From NCBI RefSeq assembly GCF_009914755.1, contig NC_060931.1: a stretch of 64,000 nucleotides of DNA, one strand, 5' to 3'. Below the pieces are notes generated by a model. It ran no database searches, was not told where the DNA came from, and saw only the letters and a list, made by a program, of their open reading frames with translations. Position 1 is the stretch's first letter. Every line of letters begins with the position of its first letter. Positions 53,850-64,000 of this stretch are shown here, in pieces. The DNA is from the human T2T-CHM13v2.0 reference genome, Homo sapiens. Made by a program: the position numbers and the translations under genes.

Positions 53850-54045
53850 CACTGGACACAAGGAGGGAAACATCACACACTGGGGCTTGTCAGGGGGTCA
53901 GGGGCTAGGGAAGGCATAGCATTAGGAGAAATACCTAATGTAGACGATGGGTTGATGGGTGCAGCAAACCACCATGGCACATGTATAAACCTGCACTTTC
54001 TGCACACGTATCCCAGAACTTAAAATATAATAAAAAAAATTTTTA
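53850..54045 (+). mobile_element. Short L1PA 3' end (L1PA7/8-like)
   Basis: tagcattaggagaaatacctaatgtaga...tatcccagaacttaaaatataataaaaaaaa. Confidence 0.9.
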
Positions 54046-54413
<368 letters not shown>

Positions 54414-54583
54414 TCAGATACATCATGGTTTTGAAGGATTTGTGTGAGGGCTTATTTAGATATTTAGATCGTGTATAATCCTGGCTTCCTGACAATCTAG
54501 TAAAGTGTTCTAAAGCTTGCATAATTGCCTCTTAACATATTTTCCAAACATACGTATGCTACTTCTGTTATACATACTTTTAC

Positions 54584-54644
54584 TTTTCTTTTTTTTTCTT
54601 TTTTTTTTTTTTTTGAGACGGAGTCTCGCTCTGTCACCCAGGCT
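54584..54644 (-). mobile_element. Very short Alu 3' fragment (tail plus 30 bp)
   Basis: T-tract followed by gagacggagtctcgctctgtcacccaggct. Confidence 0.9.
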
Positions 54645-54653
54645 CTGTTCTGT

Positions 54654-55088
54654 CCAATGGAATAGAACAGAGGCCTCAGAAATAATAGCACACATATACA
54701 ACCATCTGATCTTTGAAAAGCCTGACAAAAACAAGCTATGGGGAAAGGATTCCCTATATAATAAATGGTGTTGGGAAAACTGGCTAGCCATATGCAAAAA
54801 ACTGAAACTGGACCCCTTCCTTATACCTTATACAAAAATTAACTCAAGATGGATTAAAGACTTAAAGTAAGACCTAAAACCATAAAAACCCTAGAAGAAA
54901 ACCTAGGCAATAGCATTCAGGATATAGGTATGGGCAAAGACTTCTTGACTAAAACACCAAAAGCAATGGCAACAACAGCCAGAATTGACAAATGGGATGT
55001 AATTAAACTAAAGAGCTCCTGCACAGCAAAAGAAACTATCATCAGAGTGAATGGGCAACCTACATAATGGGGGAAAATTTTTGTAATC
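54654..55088 (+). mobile_element. L1PA ORF2 internal fragment
   Basis: [56 protein letters not shown]. Confidence 0.93.
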
Positions 55089-55489
55089 AAACCTTTTATT
55101 ATAACTTTTACCAATAGTAAAATTGGATAGAGGGTTCCTTTTTTCCTGAAGTGGTGCAATGATTAATTGAATTGCTCTGCATTTTTCAGATGCTGGCTGA
55201 GTCTAGCATATTCCAATAAAATTTAAGTCAAATATTCCCATATGTTTTAATAAACTAAAGCTACATGGAAACTCTTAGCCACTCTTAATAAAAATCAGCC
55301 TCTCAGATTGTTCAGTAAAGTTCATTTCTCTAAATCCTTGAAAGATGGTGAGCACACAAATACCCAATAAACAGCTGATTATTTAATTAAAATATGAGGA
55401 CTATTTGAGTCACAACGGATTCAGAGTTTTGTAAGGATTTAGATGATCTCTGCCTGCAGGGTTTGAAGTACCTTAACCTATATTTATAG

Positions 55490-55730
55490 CTACGATGATT
55501 TATTGGCTTGCTATATATGAGACAAAGTGTGCTAAGCATTTTAAAATGATTATGTCATTTATCATAATCTATCCCAACTGCAGAATAAATGTTACTATCT
55601 ATTTTCAAGAAATTAAAATTTTAAAGATGTAAAGATATTGAGTCACTTCCCGAATGTCATACAGCTAGTAAGTGACTGAGTCCATATTCAAAACACAGGT
55701 ATGTGCCTAAATCCAAACACACAATTTCTG
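55490..55730 (-). mobile_element. MIR
   Basis: gtgtgctaagcatttt...gtcatacagctagtaagtgactgag. Confidence 0.65.
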
Positions 55731-56332
55731 TCATTCATGCAACAGAATTAAGTGTACATAATTTTTTTAAGTGTCCAATAATTTCCTTAGAAAATGTCAA
55801 AAGATTGATAAGAAGTCCAAATCAAATATAGGGTGAAAAACACATGTTATTAAATAAAAGATAAAATTCAGATTTAAGGAATTCAGATAAAAGCAACACA
55901 AGTTTCCTAAGGTTAAAAAAAAAAGCAAATATATCCAAAGTGTCCTCAGTTGAACACTGTTAGAAGTGATTTTTCAAACTTTCTTCTTTGAGAATTTTTA
56001 GGACAATATTGAATTATTTGACTCAAACTGGTTTCACTTCCCAATTCATCAATAAAAAGCAATGTAAAGATGGCAAAATAAAGTAGTTGGAACTTAATCA
56101 TAACATTCCATAGCCTTTATTTATAAATATTTGAATATCTGTATAAAGAAAAAAGAGAAATAAGACATACATACATACACAAAGAGAGGGTGAGAGTGAG
56201 AGAAAGAAAGAGAGAGAAAGCAACACGAATCAACATTTTAAGCAAGGTGTTCTTTTCTCAAAAACAGCATACTTCATCCAACTTCAAAGTTCCTTCCCTG
56301 GCCTACAAATCTCTCTCTTTTCTCATCCTTAC

Positions 56333-56461
56333 CTCCAGTCATCCTTTGAGAGGTTAATCAAAATATTCATTTCCTCGTCATCTTGCAGAAGGCGATAAGC
56401 TGCACTTAAATGGTGATTCTCCAGTACAGATCTGTCATTATACAGAATAGCTGGATCAGAC
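56333..56461 (-). CDS. PDE1C: PDE1C coding exon (129 nt): [42 protein letters not shown]
   Basis: ttcag|GTCTGAT ... TGGAG|gtaag; conserved PDE motif LYND.SVLENHH. Confidence 0.97.
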
Positions 56462-59005
56462 CTGAACAGAAAGCCAAGCAAAATTCAGAATGTTAAACAG
56501 TTGTGATTTACTTGGGTAATTCTAACAGGCTAGAACGCACCACCACTTTTTTCCATGTTTAGAAATTATCTTTGTCCCCATGCCAGTTATATGAACCAAA
56601 AGCTCAACTAACACTACAAATCATCAATAGATGAATGTAGGGTATGTTATATCAGTACATGTGTGGGCAGGAAATATGTGACATCCAGCCTGAGAACTCT
56701 CTCAAAACTGTTTTACAACCAGATCTCAATTACCTATATTAGTTGCAAAGGTGTTTTTTTAAAAATATGGGTCATGTCAAACTTCTTTATATTTTCTGGA
56801 ATGACATTTATTTTTATTTTTATTTTATTCAATGAATGCACTGGTTTATTTATTTTAGTTGTAATTTTCAGAACACATATCACCTGGTGGGTACTATCTG
56901 TAAGCTGCCTCTGATAGTGGCTTGATCTCAACATTTTTCCATGCAAAAGCCACATGTGGAAAATTGAGAATAAAGAATATAAAGATTATAATGTCAGTTT
57001 TTAGTTCCTATCTCAAAGACCATACTATAGCTGAATGTCACTAAACACACGACTGTATAATATTTTAAGATCTTAAATTTAATGAAAGCTTAGATTATTT
57101 GTTTCTCACCAAGGAAGCTGAGTTTCAGAGACTTAAAAAAACTTGTTAGAGCCCTTTGGTGGCCAAGTGGCAGGGCTGGGATGAAGGCAAGATCTTCTGA
57201 CAGTTGGGCCAGTGCTTCCCCAAGATAACTTCCACCTGCCATTGGCCAAACTTTGGGCTGTATCTATCATACCTTGAAACTGTTAGGCTTAAAATTTTAT
57301 TCATCAAAGGATTAAGGGCCTGGTCACAGACTTTGTTTTCTGAACAGGGATCACACAGGCTGAGAGGCTTTGGATAAAGTTCTGTTGAACAGGGCCAATG
57401 TTTAAATTTCATTCCAAACCAAGCTTAACTGAACACATTGGAATTTTCCCACTCCTATGGAGATAACGCAGAACATTCAAATCCCGAGGTGAAAGATCTG
57501 CTGTTACATCTGTTGAGTAAGTTAGATACCAACTGATGTATATTTCGTGACACTTTTCCACCTCCTGTAATAAAGCCATTCTCCTCTGTGTTGGGACTGG
57601 TTTTGATCCTCGTCTCCAGGCAAGACCCACATATGTTCAACCCACCTCTCTTCCTTGGGCAGGTGCTATTCACCATGGTCTCTGTCCTCAGAGCAAAGGT
57701 TCCACCCACAGACATACATTAAACAGTGCTACTCTATGGAATTCCCTGTATTAAAGGGAATTCTGTTCCCTTGGAACACAACCACAAAAAGCTGCTTTTC
57801 TGTGGCTGAGACTAAGTGAGGAGGCAAGAAGGTGGAACTGAAGCAAGTAGCTGAAGTTCTTTTGTCTGCTTCCATTCAATTAAAATTCTCCTTCTGAACA
57901 GAGATCAGACAATATTGTCTTCTTTTGTGTATACTGTAATCAAGTGTTGAGTTCATTAAATACATGTAGATTGATTTAATGAACACAAACCTATCTAGAG
58001 TGTGCACCTGCTTTTTCAAGTGAAATCAGCAAGTATTTATTTGGTGTTAAACTCTCATCCCTCCCTGCTACATTCTTTCTCTTTGACTTACCACCTTTCC
58101 CCATACCCTAGCTCCTTTTGATTACTATGTCAAGGATAATGAACTAACTCTACTGTCAGACTCTCTCCAGTTCCACATCATTGTCTTAAGAGAGGGCAAG
58201 TTCTTAGGCTAGGAGAGGGCAAGGAAAGTTTTATCCTAAGTAGAAATGACAATTGACTGGTGCTACTGCCTGGAATTCTGTGCTGAGAGGAATACTCAGA
58301 ATAAACCCACAGTTTAGTAAGAAAAAGTACCAAAATCAACTAACAGTATCTGTTACAGGTCAGGAGGTTCCAAGTGGGGCACTTGGACCCATATTTAATG
58401 TCTCCGACGGGAGGTTTGTGTTTACCTGTGCAGTCCATTAGGAAGGATGCACAGGTTGCTCACGGTGAAAGTAGCCTACAGGAGACAAACTTACTCCCGG
58501 GGCCCTGTGCCAGGGAGTGGTGCAAGCACTAAACAGAGCAGATACGAAATCAGAGAGGATGAGAAGAGATCTCATCAGAATCCCAGAGATCAGAGGGTAA
58601 GATTGGTCAATGTTGTTAATGTCAACAAAAACACTCTAATCCTCACTGTCCTTATTCTTTTCCTTTATGTGTCATCTGGGCCTTTACGTAAACTGCCCCA
58701 TTTCCTGTTAGAAGTAGGTCAAGTATGTACAGAACATACATAAACAAATAGCGAACATTAGAATAGAGAAGAAAAAGATATCTATATGAGATCTGAACAA
58801 AATAGGAGAATTAGGAGCAGATGGCTTCTTAAACTCTAAGTCTTGATTGAAGCTGACCAGACTGATCTCTCATTTAGAGGTTCATTGTTTCAGAAATTCA
58901 AAATAGGAAACCTATGCAAAAGAAAGGTGACTAACACCTTTCTGATTTCTAAAACTGTCTCTCTGACCCCTCTTGCCTCTCTTCCAAACATTTAAACACC
59001 CTCAC

Positions 59006-59106
59006 CGAGTCTGAATGTGGAAATTGTTGGTGGTTCCGGTATGCTCGTAGTCATGGATGGCAGCTGAGAAGATTATAGCAAAGATCTCCAGCTCCGTCAG
59101 CCAGTT
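59006..59106 (-). CDS. PDE1C: PDE1C coding exon (101 nt, phase 0 to 2): NWLTELEIFAIIFSAAIHDYEHTGTTNNFHIQT(R), class I PDEase HD signature
   Basis: tttcag|AACTGG ... ACTCG|gtgag; HDYEHTGTTNNF fits the HDxxHxGxxNxF metal-binding motif. Confidence 0.97.
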
Positions 59107-59425
59107 CTGAAAGGAGATTACAGAGCAATCAGATAATCTGTTTCTTTCTCAAAGTCTTCAGCTTGCTGACAACACACCCACAGTGCTGCCTTTCTACCCT
59201 GCAGCTGGTAAGCTATTGCCAAACACAAGTTTTCTGAGAGACAGAAATAAGTTATTTTCCTGTGAAGAGACTTGGAGACTTGTGATTTGTTAACAATGTG
59301 TTCAGCAAGGTTGAATAAGCTAAGTAGTAGTTTTATCTTTTTCAAGAAATCAAAGAGAATGAACATGAAGACTTGAAAAGCCCTCATTGCATCCTCCCCC
59401 AACTTCCAAATAAAGTTCCTAGGTA

Positions 59426-59426
<1 letters not shown>

Positions 59427-59466
<40 letters not shown>

Positions 59467-59470
59467 ACAT
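59427..59470. repeat. (CA)n microsatellite
   Basis: About 17 uninterrupted AC units. Confidence 0.95.
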
Positions 59471-59661
59471 AAAAAAAATTAGAAATTTGAATGCAATACC
59501 AAGAATGAAGAGTAATAGAAAACCTAACGTCTGATTATAGGAGGATATCCACTAGGAAGTGGGTAGAGACAGATGGAAAAATACTGGCTTTCTGCTCTAT
59601 GCATGCTGATGATGTTTGAAAGGACTTCTCCCCATCCACACCATCAACATTGGCTGTGGGT

Positions 59662-59851
59662 CAGTGGTTCACAAAATGTGTTCCTTGGACATGCAGATGG
59701 TGTCAGCTGGGAGCTTGTTAGAAATGCTGGCAAATTCTTCAGCCCCACCCCAATCTCACTGGATCAGAAACGCTAGGTTGTGGCCCAGCAATCTGTGCTT
59801 TACCAAGCCATCTAGATAGTTCTGATGCACACTAGAGTTTGAAAACTACTG
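59662..59851. mobile_element. MER5A hAT-Charlie element
   Basis: cagtggttcacaaa...gggagcttgttagaaatgc...gtttgaaaactactg. Confidence 0.9.
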
Positions 59852-59855
59852 CTGT

Positions 59856-60520
59856 GTTTCAAGCTTCCTTAACTGACTTCCATTTAACGGACTCTGTGGA
59901 TTTACTTCCTATCGCTTCTGTAAACCATCCTGCCCCATGCTCACACGACAGAATATGCCTGACTCAGGCCACCTTCTCATATCCTTTGCTCACTTTTGCT
60001 ACTAGTTAAATTCATGCCTACATGATTCAGTATGATTTATTCTAAACCACATTTTAATAAATTGTATTTGTTATTATAATTATGTAATTAAATATGACAC
60101 AAACCAATAAAATATGGACACAAAATTGGAGTTGTTATTTCTGTAGAACCTAAGTTTAATGCTTTGGACAGTCACTAAAAGAACTGCTATCAAAATACGT
60201 GTGACAACTGTGAAAGAGCAGAACACATTTATAGAAAAGTTAGAGAGCTTCTGCACTCAGTTTGCTTCATGCACATCTTTAAGTTCCCACTTAACTTTAA
60301 AGAGATGAGACTAGAAATCTTAGATAGGGGCAGGGTTGATGTAAGACAAATGTGAGTATCCAAACTGGTGAACTCATAAAAGCCCTGTGGTCTGAATTAA
60401 AGATCAGTGCATAAAATAGATTCATATGATTTAAGTTAACGCAAAATGAGTTAAAATGAACATTTAAGTGTTTCTAATTTCCCACTTAAGCCATATCTTT
60501 CAATTAACTACTAATTTTGG
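59856..60520 (+). mobile_element. Ancient Tigger (Tigger15a-like) element
   Basis: cttaactgacttccatttaacggact start; transposase HTH remnant gagttgttatttct...ctaagtttaatgctttgga...ttctgcactcagtttgcttc. Confidence 0.7.
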
Positions 60521-60904
60521 AGAATTATTGCCTTCTTTAAAAATTGGTAAGGGGAAAATAAACAAATGACATAGAACTTATGAAAAATACTTCAGAGTGA
60601 GCATAAACATAACTCATGAAAAAATAAACCACTATACTTTTGAAAATGATTCCTAACAGAATCCAGCATGAAATGTCAGGAAGCTTTCTGGCATCTTCAA
60701 TAATATACCTCAAAAACACAAATTGAGGTACACGGAACAGAAAGTCAAAGAGAAAACAGACTAAGATGAAAATCAACAAAATGAGATGAAAAAAAGATGG
60801 GCAAGATAAGGAAAGATTGCAAGAAAAATCAAAGCTGCAAAACCCCTTGTAAAGGCAGCAAAGAGCCTCCTCATCAGCCTCTTCATTGTCTCGGGGGGCC
60901 CCCC

Positions 60905-61100
60905 ATGTGGCAGGCACTATGCTAGGTGCTTTTATATAGAAACTTATATAACTCTCACAGCTCTGTAATCATAGGTACTGTTGCTATCCCCACTTGACAG
61001 ATAAGGAAACAAGCCAGGGGTAGGTGCAGGACTCACTCAAGGTCACACAGCCAGTCATCTGACAAGCCACACACCACGCCTGCAGAATTCTCACTCATAA
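60905..61100 (-). mobile_element. MIR
   Basis: caggcactatgctaggtgcttt...gacagataaggaaac...caaggtcacacagc. Confidence 0.8.
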
Positions 61101-61679
61101 TCTTACATTGTATTTTCTTTGGATCATTGTTCATGTGTTTATTCAATTTTGCATAAAATTATATAGGCATAAATTTATATTGCACATTTTTCTTGATATT
61201 ATCCATACATATATTACATATGCAGTTTTTTTTTCCATTTTGGCATTGTCTTTCTTTTCTTCCCCAATATTTTGTCCCCACCCATCTGTCCCTGGTTCCC
61301 TCTACCTCCTCTCCCACATATATCTCTTATTCTAAGGTCACGTAAAGTTAATTTCACTTTTTAAAATAAGATTATGAATGGGAGACAGTGTAACATCTCA
61401 ACGAATCCTAGTCACAGAACATCAGCCCAGGCAGCAGAAAGCATCTAAATAACAGTATAATTACAGTTCTCACATTACAACCATAGTGATGCTTCCCTCC
61501 TTACCCAAATAATTGAACAAAATCCTATCTTAGATATAACCTACTTCTATTAAACCAAAAACAATGAATGGTTAAACAGGCATTCAACAACAACAACAAT
61601 AAAAAACAAAACCATTGTCTTTAAAACTCATTTTACCACCTTAGTTTTTCAACAAACGCCATGCATGCTTAGAATCAGT

Positions 61680-62660
61680 TATGCTGCTTTGGGGATAAGA
61701 AGAAAGAAAAGTGGTATCTGGGAGAAACAGCTTCACAGAGGAGAGATGTTTAAGATGGGCCTTGAAAATTTGACAGAGAAAGAAATGAAGGTGGGCATTT
61801 TCAGAAGAATGAACTAAATGAGCAAGTCCCAGCAGCAAAAGCATGTCCACCTCAGGTAAGAAAATGATGCCCTTGACTGGAGCGGGAGAGAAGGCTGATT
61901 GAGGCCCTATGAGGTCAGGCATTAGAAAACACAGTGAGCGAGGAATGTAAACCAGATTCAGCAGGCAGTGAAGTTCACACGCAAGAGAGTCATGCCATCA
62001 GCTCCCCACTTCAGGAAGGATATTTGGACAGGAGGAGAGAAGGGAGATATAAAAGCAGGGTTTTTTTGTTTTCGTTTTGTTTTTGTTTTTGTTTTTTTTT
62101 AAACAGGGTCTCACTCTGTTGTCCGGGCTGGAGTATAGTGGTGCAATCTTGGCTCACTGCAACCTCTGCCCCCAGGGCTCAAGCAAACCTCCCACCTCAG
62201 CCTCCCAAGTAAGGGCTGGGACCATAGGCACCCACTGCCATGCCCAGCTATTTTTTTTTTTTTTTTTTGTATTTTTAGTAGAGATGGGAGTCTCACCATG
62301 TCGCCCAGGCTGGTCTCTAACTTCTGAGCTCAAGCAATCCACCAATCTGGGCCTCCCAAAATTCTGGGATTATAGGCGTGAGCAACTGTGCCTGGCTAAA
62401 AGCTGTATTTTTAGATTGAAAAGTTCATATAGGATGTACAGACAGTGTGGAGGTAGAAGCCATATGACTTAGCAATTATCTGAATTTTGGAAGTGGTAGG
62501 AGGACCAGATGAGGTTGCAGTTAAGGAGAACAATATGTTAGATGACCTCAACACTCCTAGCCTCACTGAGTGGCTAATAAACCCCTCAGGTGATATTAGA
62601 TAGCATCATTAACAGAAACAGAGAAAGTGGGAGAAGCTATTTTGGAGGAAATTGAACTTC
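61680..62660 (-). mobile_element. L2 fragment interrupted by AluJ
   Basis: gcttcacagaggagagatgtttaagatgggccttgaa... degenerate L2. Confidence 0.55.
62061..62396 (-). mobile_element. AluJ
   Basis: acagggtctcactctg...gggctcaagcaaacctcccacctcagcc diagnostics; GTTTT-type tail. Confidence 0.93.
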
Positions 62661-63091
62661 CTATTTTAATATACCTCAGATTTCCTTGCCTCTTCCAAAT
62701 TAACTACTGTGAACCCAGAAGGTTTTATGTCAACCCATAAGAAGTCAGAAATTAAAGTCCCACTGGTATTTTATTCCAGAATTACCAATTGGTGGCAAGG
62801 TACAAGTCACAGATGCTATCAGTATTTTCCTATCTACAAAATATGAGTGTCACAACTAGTTCATTTGAAAGGATGCTTTGACAAGTGGTAATTGGGGACC
62901 TTGAGTTTTGCTGTGTATGACTCAAGAAAGCAAGCCACTTGTTCCCGCATATAGGGGCAGATGAGGAGACATGGGGTACAACAGAGCAGAGGAAACCTGA
63001 AGGGAAAGGACATGGCCAATTTCTCATTGTTAGAGGAGATACTACAAGCAAGTTGTGACTTTTCTATGTGAATGATAGAGTTTCTTTAGTA

Positions 63092-63922
<831 letters not shown>

Positions 63923-64000
63923 AACAACCCCAATAAAATTATTTGGCACTCTTCAAACAAAATGTAATTTTGATATCCTTAGTCTTTCCTGTTAATACAT

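Overview
Mammalian (primate, almost certainly human) genomic DNA from inside the PDE1C gene (Ca2+/calmodulin-dependent cyclic nucleotide phosphodiesterase 1C), transcribed on the minus strand. Nine consecutive coding exons (59106 down to 17391, 1141 nt in total) all have GT-AG boundaries and compatible phases. They splice into one open frame covering most of the PDEase catalytic domain and the charged C-terminal tail. The 5' exons and the canonical last exons lie outside the window. The rest is intron filled with L1, L2, MIR, Alu, THE1/MLT LTR and Tigger/hAT/mariner elements plus microsatellites. I found no prokaryote-type or wholly new gene system. The best leads are: (i) a candidate extra exon/alternative 3' end about 0.85 kb downstream of the last visible exon, ending the protein in ...KKTDEYL* with a well-formed poly(A) site; (ii) inverted Alus flanking catalytic exons, including a possible 453-nt stop-free in-frame circRNA; and (iii) several local rearrangements (an internal L1 inversion, three local duplications, an Alu-L1 fold-back chimera). 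Repeat subfamily calls come from my recall of consensus sequences, and boundaries of old repeats are approximate.
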